Source: Candidatus Atelocyanobacterium thalassa isolate ALOHA
GTDB lineage: Bacteria; Cyanobacteriota; Cyanobacteriia; Cyanobacteriales; Microcystaceae
Assembly: GCF_000025125.1 (NCBI RefSeq)
Contig: NC_013771.1
Span: forward strand, 840,001-872,000
Direction: 5' to 3'
DNA length: 32,000 bases
A program made the translations under genes and the position numbers. Below, one piece after another: positions 11,361-22,569 of this stretch. Below the pieces are notes generated by a model. The model saw nothing but the letters and a program-made list of their open reading frames with translations, was not told the DNA's origin and ran no database searches. Position 1 is the stretch's first letter, and each line of letters begins with the position of its first letter.

Positions 11361-12536
11361 ATGGATCAAAAGTATAAAAATCAACAACAGCATTCTCTAC
11401 AATTAAAATTAATTAGAAAGGGAATGCTGCTGCTATTATTAAGCTTACTAGCTTGTCAGGCAGAAGAAAAAACTAGTACAAACACTAATAATTTAGGAAA
11501 AGTAAAAGAAGAAACGAATTTAAATCTTCAAAATGCTACTTTAGAGCAATCTGATGCTGATGGAAAATTGCTCTGGAAAATACAAGTAGACGAAGCAAAA
11601 TACAGCCCAGACCGTGAGAAAGCAACTTTAACTGCTGTTAAAGGTAATATCTTTGAAAAAGGTACGCTAGTTTTGCAAATTAAGGCAGATTATGGAGAAA
11701 TTCAAGGAAATGGAACTAAAATTTTTCTAAGAAATAATGTTTTAGCAATTGATCCAAGAAATCAAATTGTTATTCGTAGCGAGGAGATAGAATGGCAGCC
11801 ACAAGAATTACTTTTAACAATGCGTAAAAATTTACGAGGTTTTCATCCTGAGCTAGAAGTTTCTGCCAACGAAGGAAAATATTATACAGATAAGCAAAAA
11901 TTTGAATTAGAAGGGCAAATTGAAGCTATATCAGAACATAAAAAGATAAAGATGACTACAGAACATTTGTTTTGGGAAATACAAAAACAAATGGTAACTA
12001 GCAATCAGTTATCAAATATTGCAAGGTTTAAGGACGATGTTATAACGGCTAATCTTATAGCTCAAAAAGCAGTTATACACCTAAACAAACAACATATTCT
12101 TGTTAAAGATAATGTTGAATATAAATCTATTCAACCACCTCTTCAAGTATCTGCTAATGCAATTTTGTGGAATTATAAAACTCGTCAAATATTTTCAGAT
12201 CAACCAGTCCAGCTGGTGCAATACGAAGATAATATTACACTTATTGGGAATAAAGCTCATGTTGATTTAAATAATAATATTGCTTATCTCAAAGGAAAAG
12301 TTCAAGGACTAAATAAAAATAATAAAAGTACATTACAAGCTAATAATTTAACTTGGTATATTATCGATCAAAATATTGAAGCTGTAGGTAGTGTTTTTTA
12401 TCATCAAGATGAAAACCCGAGGTTTACTCTGGCTGGAGACAAGGCTAATGGAAGTTTGAAAGAGAACACTATAATAGTAACTAATAGCGATAAAGAAAAA
12501 CGTGTTGTTACTGAATTTTTTACGGATTCAAAATAA
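11361..12536 (+). CDS. Putative periplasmic lipoprotein, LptC/OstA-like (LPS export family)
   Basis: 391-aa ORF with an N-terminal signal and lipobox (LLLLSLLAC). The repetitive beta-rich sequence includes a GKLLWKIQVDEAKYSPD motif that I associate with long cyanobacterial LptC-family proteins. The family call is from memory and unverified. Confidence 0.5.
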   Translation: MDQKYKNQQQHSLQLKLIRKGMLLLLLSLLACQAEEKTSTNTNNLGKVKEETNLNLQNATLEQSDADGKLLWKIQVDEAKYSPDREKATLTAVKGNIFEKGTLVLQIKADYGEIQGNGTKIFLRNNVLAIDPRNQIVIRSEEIEWQPQELLLTMRKNLRGFHPELEVSANEGKYYTDKQKFELEGQIEAISEHKKIKMTTEHLFWEIQKQMVTSNQLSNIARFKDDVITANLIAQKAVIHLNKQHILVKDNVEYKSIQPPLQVSANAILWNYKTRQIFSDQPVQLVQYEDNITLIGNKAHVDLNNNIAYLKGKVQGLNKNNKSTLQANNLTWYIIDQNIEAVGSVFYHQDENPRFTLAGDKANGSLKENTIIVTNSDKEKRVVTEFFTDSK

Positions 12537-12865
12537 ACTTAATAATTAATATTAATTATTTTTGTTAGGTATGGTGTGGATAAAAAAAATTATTAGCCCA
12601 ATGTAGATATAGTACCTTTAATTTTCGGACAGAATTACTGAATAATCAAATTTTTAAATATAGTTGCTGAGTATTATTGGTTCTATATATTAAGCAAAGT
12701 TAATATAATTTAGTTTTCTAATATTAGGTTTTCAAAGTTAATTATTTTCTATGCTAAGATGCATATTGAATTAAATAATAAGAACTAATATATTATTCTT
12801 GTTTATCTAAAATATATTTTTTTTATGAAAAAAATTGCTCTTATAGATAAAAATGCTTGGTAAAA

Positions 12866-14008
12866 ATGCAAGTAAATACTATTCCTCCCGTTGATTTAGT
12901 TCGTCAATACGAATCTATTAATAAAGAAATCGATAATACGATCCTCGAAGTGGTACGTTCTGGTCACTATATTGGCGGCTCTGTTGTACAAGATTTTGAA
13001 AAGCAACTAGCTCAGTATATAGGTACTTCTGAATGTTTAACATGTAATTCAGGTACTGATGCTCTTTATCTAGCTTTAAAAGCACTAAATATTGGCTTTG
13101 GTGATGAAGTAATTACAACTCCTTTTAGCTTTATAGCTACTGCAGAGACAATTAGTCTTGCAGGAGCAAAGCCAATATTTGCTGATATCGAGCGTAATAC
13201 TTTTAATTTGGATTTAGAGAATATAGAAAAAATAATTAATCCAAAAGTTAAAGCAATTATTGTAGTTCATCTTTTTGGACAACCTGTCAATATGACTCGT
13301 TTAATGGAAATTGCCAATAAACATAATTTATATGTCATTGAAGATTGTGCTCAAGCTACTGGAGCTAAATGGAATAATAAGACTGTTGGTAGTATTGGGC
13401 ATATAGGTTGTTTTAGCTTTTTTCCTACAAAAAATTTAGGAGCATGTGGAGACGGCGGAGCAATTACAACTAATGATTATGCAATTGGCCAAACTATTAA
13501 AATTATTAAAGAACATGGCTCAATGAAGCGTTATCATCATGATGTAGTTGGTATTAATAGTCGTTTGGATGCTATCCAAGCTGCCATTTTACAGGTAAAA
13601 CTTCGTTATTTGGATAAATGGAATGAAGAAAGACGTGAAATAGCTCATTATTATCATAAACTACTAAGTTCGATTCCAATGATACAGTTACCCGAAGAAA
13701 TTATTGGAGGGTATCATGTTTGGAATCAATATACGATCTTAGTAGCAAACGGAATCGATAATAATAAAGATTATAATAGAGATTTTTTGAAGAAATATTT
13801 ACAAGATAAAGGAATTATTTCTATGGTCTATTATCCTATACCTATTCATTTGCAAAAAGTTTATGCAAATTTAGGGTATCAAAAAACGTCATTTCCAATT
13901 ACTGAACAGGTATCTTATGAAGTACTTTCTTTGCCTATGTTTCCTGGTATGTTGACGCAAGAACAAAAAAGAGTTGCTAACGCTATTGCAACCAGCTTTA
14001 ATCAGTAA
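12866..14008 (+). CDS. DegT/DnrJ/EryC1/StrS-family PLP-dependent aminotransferase (sugar aminotransferase)
   Basis: The track ORF begins at a TTG (12857). The ATG at 12866 (MQVNTIPPVDLVRQYESI...) matches the usual family N-terminus. Family motifs are present: NSGTDALYLAL, FSFIATAE, SFFPTKNLGACGDGGAITT. Confidence 0.85.
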   Translation: MQVNTIPPVDLVRQYESINKEIDNTILEVVRSGHYIGGSVVQDFEKQLAQYIGTSECLTCNSGTDALYLALKALNIGFGDEVITTPFSFIATAETISLAGAKPIFADIERNTFNLDLENIEKIINPKVKAIIVVHLFGQPVNMTRLMEIANKHNLYVIEDCAQATGAKWNNKTVGSIGHIGCFSFFPTKNLGACGDGGAITTNDYAIGQTIKIIKEHGSMKRYHHDVVGINSRLDAIQAAILQVKLRYLDKWNEERREIAHYYHKLLSSIPMIQLPEEIIGGYHVWNQYTILVANGIDNNKDYNRDFLKKYLQDKGIISMVYYPIPIHLQKVYANLGYQKTSFPITEQVSYEVLSLPMFPGMLTQEQKRVANAIATSFNQ

Positions 14009-14032
14009 TTAATCATTGTGATTCAATTGCTC

Positions 14033-14056
14033 TTCTGGAAAAAATATTTTCCAGAA
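14033..14056 (+). terminator. Possible terminator hairpin after the aminotransferase gene
   Basis: TTCTGGAAAA-AATA-TTTTCCAGAA is a perfect 10-bp stem with a 4-nt loop, 25 nt after the stop codon. No clean T-run follows, so the call is tentative. Confidence 0.4.
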
Positions 14057-14283
14057 AAATTATAAATTAAGATATAAAAGTTATCAATAAATAGAATATT
14101 GTAATTTGTAATACAAATACATATTTACATTTTTATTAATTTTATTTTTCCAAAGTTCAATATTTTTCTATTTTTCAGAACATGGATAATACTAAATAAA
14201 TATTGAAAATAATTAAAATTTATTATTAATTAAGATTATTAGGATAACTTAAAATATGATGCTTATAACCTTAGAAAAGTAAC

Positions 14284-16284
14284 ATGTTAAATCATCACAA
14301 AGAAGATACTATAGAATCTGTTCTTAAAGAAAAAAGAATTATTCATCCTCCATCTACATTTAGTGCAAATGCACGTATAAAAAGTTTTCAAGACTATGAA
14401 AAACTTTATCAAGAATCAATATCGGATTCAGAAAATTTTTGGGGGAATTTAGCAGAGAAGGAATTACATTGGTTTAATAAATGGGATCGTGTCTTAGAAT
14501 GGGATCCACCCCATGCCAAGTGGTTTCTTAACGGGAAATTAAACATTACTTATAATTGTATTGATCGTCATCTTACCTCTTCAAGACGAAATAAACCAGC
14601 TATTGTATGGGAAGGAGAGCCTGGTGATTCAAGGACTTTAACTTACGAAGAACTTCATGTAGAAGTGTGTAAATTTGCTAATGTACTGAAGCAATTAAAA
14701 GTCACAAAAGGGGATTGTGTGGCAATTTATATGCCCATGATACCTGAAGCTATAATTGCCATGCTTGCCTGTGCTCGTATTGGTTCAGTTCATACAGTCA
14801 TTTTTGGAGGCTTTAGTGCCGAATCCTTAAAAGATCGCTTAAAAGATTCACAAGCAAAAATCCTTGTTACTGCAGATGGTGGTTTTCGCAAAGATAAAAT
14901 TATCTCCCTCAAATCTCAAGTTGATATAGCTCTGAAAAATAATTCCTCAATTGTCGAAAAAGTAGTAGTAGTAAAACGTACAAGTGAAAGTATTGCCATG
15001 GAACATGGCCGTGATTACTGGCTGCATGACTTGCAACAAGATATATCTGATAATTGTCCTCCAGAAATCATGGATAGTGAAGATGCTCTGTTTATTCTTT
15101 ATACTAGTGGAAGTACTGGAAAACCTAAAGGAGTAGTTCATACTATTGGTGGATATAGTTTATATACTCACATAACGACGAAATGGATCTTTGACATACA
15201 AGATACAGATACTTATTGGTGTACAGCAGATATAGGATGGATTACAGGACATAGCTATGGTGTCTATGGTCCATTATCAAATGGAGCTACTTCTTTATTT
15301 TATGAAGGTGTTCCTCGACCTTCAAATCCTGGTTGCTTCTGGGATATTATAGAAAGATATAAAGTTAACATTTTTTATACTGCACCAACAGCTATACGTT
15401 CTTTTATAAAAATGGGAGATGATATACCTAAAAAATTTAATTTATCTTCTCTACGACTTTTAGGAACTGTAGGAGAACCTATAAATCCTGAAGTTTGGAT
15501 GTGGTACTACGAAATAATAGGTAATGAAAAGTGTCCTATTGTAGATACTTGGTGGCAAACAGAGACAGGTGGAGTAATGATTACATCTTTACCTGGAGCA
15601 ATATCTAGTAAACCAGGTTCGGCTTCTCTACCTTTCCCCGGTATTGTTCCAGACATAGTGGATAAAAATGGTGATAATGTCCCTGATAATACTGGTGGAT
15701 TGTTGATAATTAAAAATCCATGGCCAAGTATGTTGAGAAATATTCATGGTGATCGTCAACGCTTTGAAGAAAATTATTGGAATTCTTTATCTAAGAAGTC
15801 GGACGAGCATATTTATTTCTCAGGAGATAGTGCGCGCAGAGATTCTGATGGCTATTTTTGGATTTTAGGACGTACTGATGATGTGATGAATATTTCAGGT
15901 CACCGATTAGGTTCTATGGAATTGGAATCAGCTTTAGTTTCACATCAGGCAGTTAATGAAGCAAGTGTAGTTGGTAAACCCCACGAAATAAAAGGAGAGG
16001 ATATCTACGCCTTTGTAACACTGAATAATGGTTTTGAAGCAACTAATGAACTAATTAGTGAGCTCAAACAACATGTTGTTCAAGAAATTGGAGCGATTGC
16101 TCGTCCTGGAACTATTCAATTTACACGAGAATTGCCAAAAACCCGTTCTGGCAAGATTGTTAGAAGATTTTTAAGACAAATTGCAGCAAACCAAAACATA
16201 AAAGGAGATAGATCTACAATAGTTAACCCTGATATTTTAGATGAACTAAAAGAGCAAGCTCAGTTACATAATCATAAATATTAA
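14284..16284 (+). CDS. acs: Acetyl-CoA synthetase (AMP-forming)
   Basis: 666-aa ORF with the AMP-binding motif [12 protein letters not shown] and TWWQTETGG, plus the conserved C-terminal catalytic Lys context ([11 protein letters not shown]). The N-terminus is typical of Acs. Confidence 0.95.
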   Translation: MLNHHKEDTIESVLKEKRIIHPPSTFSANARIKSFQDYEKLYQESISDSENFWGNLAEKELHWFNKWDRVLEWDPPHAKWFLNGKLNITYNCIDRHLTSSRRNKPAIVWEGEPGDSRTLTYEELHVEVCKFANVLKQLKVTKGDCVAIYMPMIPEAIIAMLACARIGSVHTVIFGGFSAESLKDRLKDSQAKILVTADGGFRKDKIISLKSQVDIALKNNSSIVEKVVVVKRTSESIAMEHGRDYWLHDLQQDISDNCPPEIMDSEDALFILYTSGSTGKPKGVVHTIGGYSLYTHITTKWIFDIQDTDTYWCTADIGWITGHSYGVYGPLSNGATSLFYEGVPRPSNPGCFWDIIERYKVNIFYTAPTAIRSFIKMGDDIPKKFNLSSLRLLGTVGEPINPEVWMWYYEIIGNEKCPIVDTWWQTETGGVMITSLPGAISSKPGSASLPFPGIVPDIVDKNGDNVPDNTGGLLIIKNPWPSMLRNIHGDRQRFEENYWNSLSKKSDEHIYFSGDSARRDSDGYFWILGRTDDVMNISGHRLGSMELESALVSHQAVNEASVVGKPHEIKGEDIYAFVTLNNGFEATNELISELKQHVVQEIGAIARPGTIQFTRELPKTRSGKIVRRFLRQIAANQNIKGDRSTIVNPDILDELKEQAQLHNHKY

Positions 16285-16321
16285 ATAATCTAAATATCTT
16301 ATTTCATTTTTTAGGAGCTTA

Positions 16322-17086
16322 TTATCTACCACTTAATTTAACAATAAAAATGCCACTAAAATACAACCCTAGAACTGCTCCTGCAAATAAAGACTGAGTC
16401 AAGGGATCTGTAGATGGTGTTAAAACAGCTCCTAAAATAACTGCTCCAACGACTATGATTCTCCATTCTTTTAACATTTGTTGAGATGATATAATACCTA
16501 AATATCCTAAGATTAATTGGATTACAGGAATTTGAAATGCAATACCAGTACTGAACATTAACAATAAAATAAATTCAAAATAACGATCAATTGACCAGGC
16601 CTGTTCAACTACGTTAGATCCGTAAGTTATGAAAAAATTTAATGCGGCAGGTATTAAAATCCAGTAAGAGAATCCTATTCCTGCAAAAAAAAGAACACTA
16701 GAGGCCAAAATTGTTGGGCCTATTAATTGGCGTTCTCTACGAGTTAATCCAGGTAAAGTAAATTTTAAGACTTGGTAAATAATAAAAGGACTAGAAATTA
16801 GTAAACCACTGTAACCGGCAACTTTTATAGAAACAAAGAAAAATTCTCCAGGTGCTAGCTGTAAAAGTTTTACTCCTTGGGCAGGAACCTCTAGCCATCT
16901 CACCAAAGGTTTTATTATGATAAAACACAAGATCACATTAAAGCATATTGCTACTAGCGAATACAAAATGCGCATTCTTAACTCTTCGATATGATCTAGT
17001 AATGGCATCTCTACTTCATCTGGTATCTCATTAAGATATTCGTCTTTTTCCAGTTGGCCAGAAGTTTTGCTTAAAGGTTGCTTCAT
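16322..17086 (-). CDS. tatC: Twin-arginine translocase subunit TatC
   Basis: 254-aa polytopic membrane [17 protein letters not shown] is the characteristic TatC N-terminal motif, followed by the six-TM pattern. Confidence 0.93.
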   Translation of the reverse strand: MKQPLSKTSGQLEKDEYLNEIPDEVEMPLLDHIEELRMRILYSLVAICFNVILCFIIIKPLVRWLEVPAQGVKLLQLAPGEFFFVSIKVAGYSGLLISSPFIIYQVLKFTLPGLTRRERQLIGPTILASSVLFFAGIGFSYWILIPAALNFFITYGSNVVEQAWSIDRYFEFILLLMFSTGIAFQIPVIQLILGYLGIISSQQMLKEWRIIVVGAVILGAVLTPSTDPLTQSLFAGAVLGLYFSGIFIVKLSGR

Positions 17087-17379
17087 AATATGTAAAATAC
17101 AGTTTTTTATTGTATGGAATAAGGCTTAACTTCTAGTATAGTTTCTGATCTTGTTTCCTAAGACTTGTAATTGATATTATTATGTTTGGTATTTCTAAGG
17201 AATCATTATAATAAATAGTGAGTTTTTCTAAAATTATAGGAATACAATTTCATCTTTAAAAATGTTTATATCTATTACTAAAAAAACTTGTAAAGAATGG
17301 ACATTAAAAATTTTTTAGTCATGATACGAAAATAATTTTTTAAATAATTTACGACTTATAACGATTTTGCTACTTCTTT

Positions 17380-17727
17380 TTAGTTATTTTTTTTATCTTG
17401 TAAATAAATAATTTTTCTTCGTTTAGGTTCTGTAAAATGACTTTGTTTATACATAACTCGATAAGTCATGTTAGGAGCAAAGCTGTCTCCAAACTCTTTT
17501 GCTAATTTAGAAACCCTTTGCCTAGTTTCCTGAAGTTCAGCTTGCAATTCTCTGAGATTAGTTTGTTGTACTCTTAAATAATTAAATGATCTGACGATAC
17601 TTAAAATTGCAATAGTTGATAGTAACCCATTCATCATTAACTTAGTGATAACTTCTATGGTCATCCATCTGTATTCAAGATGATAGTTGTTAGTATCCTG
17701 TTCTTGGTGAATATGCTTTTTAGACAT
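17380..17727 (-). CDS. Hypothetical membrane-anchored coiled-coil protein (possibly FtsB/DivIC-like)
   Basis: 115-aa ORF with a single TM (LLSTIAILSIV) followed by a heptad-like segment (LRELQAELQETRQRVSKLAKEF). The functional guess rests on architecture only. Confidence 0.5.
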   Translation of the reverse strand: MSKKHIHQEQDTNNYHLEYRWMTIEVITKLMMNGLLSTIAILSIVRSFNYLRVQQTNLRELQAELQETRQRVSKLAKEFGDSFAPNMTYRVMYKQSHFTEPKRRKIIYLQDKKNN

Positions 17728-17759
17728 TAGATAATAAATAAAGCTATATTGCTTACGAA

Positions 17760-17813
17760 GTTCTCTAACAGTAATGCTAGAGAACTGTACATATATCTGC
17801 TAAAGCTAGCAGA
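17760..17813 (-). terminator. Two small hairpins downstream of psaM (candidate terminators)
   Basis: GTTCTCTA-N10-TAGAGAAC lies at 17760-17785 and TCTGCTA-AAGC-TAGCAGA at 17796-17813. Both sit just after the psaM stop on the minus strand. No strong U-tract follows. Confidence 0.3.
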
Positions 17814-17821
17814 CACATATA

Positions 17822-17914
17822 TTATTTGTAAAGTTCCGTGGACAAACGGAATGCTAGGATACCAGGAACTAAAGCAATAGCTAAAGCAATAAAAATTTGT
17901 GCATTAGATAGCAT
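17822..17914 (-). CDS. psaM: Photosystem I reaction centre subunit XII (PsaM), 30 aa
   Basis: Below the ORF-track size cutoff. My translation is MLSNAQIFIALAIALVPGILAFRLSTELYK. It closely resembles cyanobacterial PsaM, whose conserved ...LPA.LAFRLSTELYK C-terminus I recall from memory. An AAGGAG Shine-Dalgarno lies 8 nt upstream of the ATG. Confidence 0.8.
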   Translation of the reverse strand: MLSNAQIFIALAIALVPGILAFRLSTELYK

Positions 17915-18124
17915 AGGCCGTAAACTCCTTAAAGTTAACAAATGAACTACTTCTCTACTTTGCTTCATGATAAGATTTTATGAAATATTTTGTTACAAAG
18001 GTTTAACTTTACTACCTATCTTTTCTTAAAGAAATTAAATTATATTTTCTTTGAGGGACATGGTTCTCAACTTTTAATTACTTAACTTATAATATAAAAA
18101 AATAATAAGTAATGAAAAAATAAC

Positions 18125-18481
18125 ATGATAAGTTTATTGATTGTTTGGATTACGACGGCAATAAGTCTTTTAATCGTTAGCAAACTTCCTATTGGTGTCA
18201 ATATGGATAGTTTTAGTAAAGCGTTAAAAGCTTCTATTATTTTTGGAATTCTTAATACCTTGTTAAAACCAGTTTTGGTTTTTTTAACAATTCCTCTAAC
18301 TATAGTAACGCTTGGATTATCTTTATTAATTATTAATGCTATGATTTTCGGTATTACTTCTGTATTGGTTGAAGGTTTCCGCTTAAAGTATGGTTTATGG
18401 AGTGCTATTTTAGGATCAGTTTTTTTAAGCTTGACTAACAATACTGTACTAAAAATACTCTCAATTACAGGTTGGAGCTAA
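18125..18481 (+). CDS. Small integral membrane protein, DUF360/YvlD (phage-holin-4_2-like) family
   Basis: 118-aa ORF with 3-4 TM segments. The ILNTLLKPVLVFLTIPLTIVTLGLSLLIINAMIF pattern is typical of this family. The fully overlapping opposite-strand ORF (18082-18441) is treated as a shadow. Confidence 0.6.
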   Translation: MISLLIVWITTAISLLIVSKLPIGVNMDSFSKALKASIIFGILNTLLKPVLVFLTIPLTIVTLGLSLLIINAMIFGITSVLVEGFRLKYGLWSAILGSVFLSLTNNTVLKILSITGWS

Positions 18482-18527
18482 AAGATTAGATATTTTTATT
18501 ATCACTTTACTTATATGATTTATTAAA

Positions 18528-20021
18528 TTAAATTCTTTTAAATAGTAGGCTATCTGGAAAGTTACTAACTGCTCTTTGGAGCAGGTTTATAGAACGATTA
18601 TATTCAATAATTGCCTGTAAGAAATCTCCTCTTGCTTTAGATAAATCTCTTTGAGCATCTATTACATCACTCTGTACTCCTATTCCTGCTTGAAATCTCA
18701 ATCTAGCTAATCTCAAACCCTCTTCTCTAGTAGTAATATTTTTGCGTGTACTCTCTATATTTCCTTTATTAGCAATAAGGTTATAATAAGCCTCTTCAAC
18801 TTCAAAACGAATTTGGCTACGTAAATCTGCAAATTGAATATTAGCTTGGTCAATTCTACGTTCTGCAGCTTTAACGCCTGCAAAAGCTCTACCGCCATCA
18901 AACAATCGCCATCTTAAACGAGTTTCGAAACGATAATTAATTAGTGCTCCTAACGCATCTTCAAATTCATCATTAAAACCATATTGAGCGATAATATCTA
19001 GTTTAGGAATAATTTCTGCGATCGCAATACGACGATCTTGTTTTCCTATTTCTACTTGAATAAGTTGTTGTTCTAGTTCTGCACGGTTTTTATATGCTTG
19101 AACTATAGTTTCTTCTAATGAAAGTTTCCAATATCCTAGTTCAGTAATATTATCAGCAGCTGACAACTGAATTTTTTGACCTAAGTTCAAAGTTTCCGTG
19201 AGCTTTTTTATTGCTATCCTCTGCTTTGCAACAGTTCTTGCTAATTGTTCATTAGCAGTCGCCAAATCTCCATCTGCACGTAATACATCAAACTTAGTTC
19301 CCAAACCAGCTCTTTCTAGAAGCCTTGCATCTCGTAAAGTTTGAGTAGCATTCTCAACATCTGCCTGAGCAATAGCCACTTCAGCATCAGCATTTTGTAA
19401 AAGATAATAGTTGTCTGTTGCTTCAAAACGAATCTGTTCAGCTATTTGTTCAAGCTGCAGTTGTCGATTTCTAATTTCTCTTTCTGCTTTTCTTATACGA
19501 CCTTCTCTTTCACCACCAGTGTAAATATCATATCTAAGGGAAACATTAAAAATACCTGTTGTTTCTCTAGAACTTGCTGCAACCTGTTTTTTAAAACCTT
19601 GACTAAAATCAGTTGATTGTCTCTCAAAAAATTTATGATTTAAACGTGAGTCTATATCTAAGCTAGGATAAAGTTTTGATTCCTGCTCAGTTAATCTTGC
19701 TTTGAATTCTTCTATGGTAACGCGAGCATTTTCTATCTCTTGATTATTTTGTAAAGCTACAAAGATTACCTCTTTGAGGGTAAGAGGCCTATTAAATATA
19801 GTGTTTATATTATTCTTTTTAATAGAGGATACAAGAAACCGATCGTCTGTACTTGTATATCTAAAGAACGATTTTAAAGCATAATTACCTTGTTCAAAAC
19901 TAGGTTTTATAAATAATTTATACTCTTCTTGCATGGTAGGCGAAGCCTGTGCCACTAGTGACAAGTTAAATAGCAACACCATTAAATAACTAGCACATGC
20001 GTAGTAATTTAGAAGGAACAT
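18528..20021 (-). CDS. TolC-like outer-membrane efflux protein (OEP family)
   Basis: 497-aa ORF with an N-terminal signal peptide. It has two tandem repeats of the long coiled-coil/OEP pattern (LTLKEVIFVALQNNQEIE..., ...DVIDAQRDLSKARGDFLQAIIEYNRSINLLQRAV). Confidence 0.8.
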   Translation of the reverse strand: MFLLNYYACASYLMVLLFNLSLVAQASPTMQEEYKLFIKPSFEQGNYALKSFFRYTSTDDRFLVSSIKKNNINTIFNRPLTLKEVIFVALQNNQEIENARVTIEEFKARLTEQESKLYPSLDIDSRLNHKFFERQSTDFSQGFKKQVAASSRETTGIFNVSLRYDIYTGGEREGRIRKAEREIRNRQLQLEQIAEQIRFEATDNYYLLQNADAEVAIAQADVENATQTLRDARLLERAGLGTKFDVLRADGDLATANEQLARTVAKQRIAIKKLTETLNLGQKIQLSAADNITELGYWKLSLEETIVQAYKNRAELEQQLIQVEIGKQDRRIAIAEIIPKLDIIAQYGFNDEFEDALGALINYRFETRLRWRLFDGGRAFAGVKAAERRIDQANIQFADLRSQIRFEVEEAYYNLIANKGNIESTRKNITTREEGLRLARLRFQAGIGVQSDVIDAQRDLSKARGDFLQAIIEYNRSINLLQRAVSNFPDSLLFKRI

Positions 20022-20312
20022 AATTTTTTACAAAAATTAAAATTAGATAACTACAGTTTGAACCAAAAATCTAAAATAGAAATACTTACCAAGTTATAAT
20101 ACAGTTTGTAATAATCTGATTCAATAATAAATTTAGTTGATCACTATTGTTACATTACTTACCATAATTAATATATTTTTATGGTTAGCTTAAAACTTTT
20201 TTGCAAAATTTTGATGATTTATTATGAAGATTTTTCATACCGTATCAGACTCTATATGAATATCTTTAATGTTTAACAATACAAAGTTCGGGAACCCGTA
20301 CACTATGAACAG

Positions 20313-20341
20313 TTGCCAGAACTCCTAATATTTCGTTAAAT
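20313..20341 (+). promoter_or_regulatory. Candidate sigma70-type promoter of groESL (TTGCCA-N17-TTAAAT)
   Basis: The hexamers were read directly from the sequence. The -10 abuts or overlaps the first base of the CIRCE operator, which is the usual HrcA-repressed architecture. Confidence 0.45.
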
Positions 20342-20367
20342 TAGCACTCAAGGATTAAGAGTGCTAA
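20341..20367 (+). promoter_or_regulatory. CIRCE operator (HrcA binding site)
   Basis: Perfect match to the consensus TTAGCACTC-N9-GAGTGCTAA (TTAGCACTC AAGGATTAA GAGTGCTAA), 57 nt upstream of the groES ATG. Confidence 0.85.
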
Positions 20368-20423
20368 CTCTTAAGTTATCAAAAACTCTTGATTTTTAAT
20401 AAATATTAAAGGAGGATTTATTC

Positions 20424-20735
20424 ATGGCAGCAATTAGTATCAATGTATCTACTGTTAAACCCCTTGGTGATCGGATTTTTCTTAAGGTTAACCCCGCTGA
20501 AGAAAAGACCGCCGGAGGCATTTTGTTACCAGACAACGCTCAAGAAAAGCCTCAGATTGGTGAAGTAGTTTCTGTGGGTCCTGGTAAGCGCAATGATGAT
20601 GGTAGTCGTTCTGAGCTAGATGTCAAAGTAGGCGATAAAGTTCTTTACTCCAAATATGCTGGAACTGATGTCAAACTATCTGGAGAAGACTATGTATTAC
20701 TTTCCGAGAAAGATATCTTAGCAGCTGTTGCTTAA
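20424..20735 (+). CDS. groES: Co-chaperonin GroES
   Basis: 103-aa ORF ([11 protein letters not shown]...TAGGILLPD...GEVVSVGPG). A strong AGGAGG SD lies upstream. Confidence 0.97.
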   Translation: MAAISINVSTVKPLGDRIFLKVNPAEEKTAGGILLPDNAQEKPQIGEVVSVGPGKRNDDGSRSELDVKVGDKVLYSKYAGTDVKLSGEDYVLLSEKDILAAVA

Positions 20736-20792
20736 AATAAGCATAGCAAACTCTTATTAACTTTATTTAAGATTGACATAACAGAGGAATAA

Positions 20793-22424
<1,632 letters not shown>

Positions 22425-22425
22425 A

Positions 22426-22500
22426 AAACCTCTTTTTAAATAAATAAGGAATGCTCTGTCTTATTTTAAGACAGAGCATTCCTTATTTAAAAAGAGGTTT
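22426..22500. terminator. Long bidirectional terminator hairpin between convergent groEL and kaiC
   Basis: A 21-bp perfect stem pairs AATAAGGAATGCTCTGTCTTA (22443-22463) with 22467-22487 around a TTT loop. It extends by a further 13 bp (AAACCTCTTTTTA / TAAAAAGAGGTTT) across a 4-nt bulge. A/T runs flank it on both sides. Confidence 0.7.
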
Positions 22501-22569
22501 AATCTATTTTTTGAAAAATCAATTCTATGGTTTCTTTTTATCTTTAATATCACGAGCAATATAAAAAAT

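Noticed and set aside
12825-12863. 12-codon upstream ORF (MKKIALIDKNAW*) ending 2 nt before the aminotransferase ATG.
   Set aside because: It is too short to evaluate and could be chance in A/T-rich leader sequence. No attenuator structure accompanies it.
14101-14114. GTA-N8-TAC (NtcA-type) motif GTAATTTGTAATAC, 170 nt upstream of acs.
   Set aside because: At this base composition such a 6-position palindromic match is expected by chance about once or twice in the intergenic DNA of this window. Its distance from any clear -10 element is uncertain, and acs is not a classic NtcA target.
17915-17968. In-frame upstream ATG that would extend psaM by 18 codons (MKQSREVVHLLTLRSLRP-).
   Set aside because: PsaM proteins are about 30 aa. 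The AAGGAG SD sits inside the extension, directly before the downstream ATG, and the extension is not PsaM-like.
19018-19025. A single HIP1 octamer (GCGATCGC) inside the TolC-like gene.
   Set aside because: There is only one copy in 32 kb, so no enrichment. It carries no information beyond being compatible with a cyanobacterial origin.
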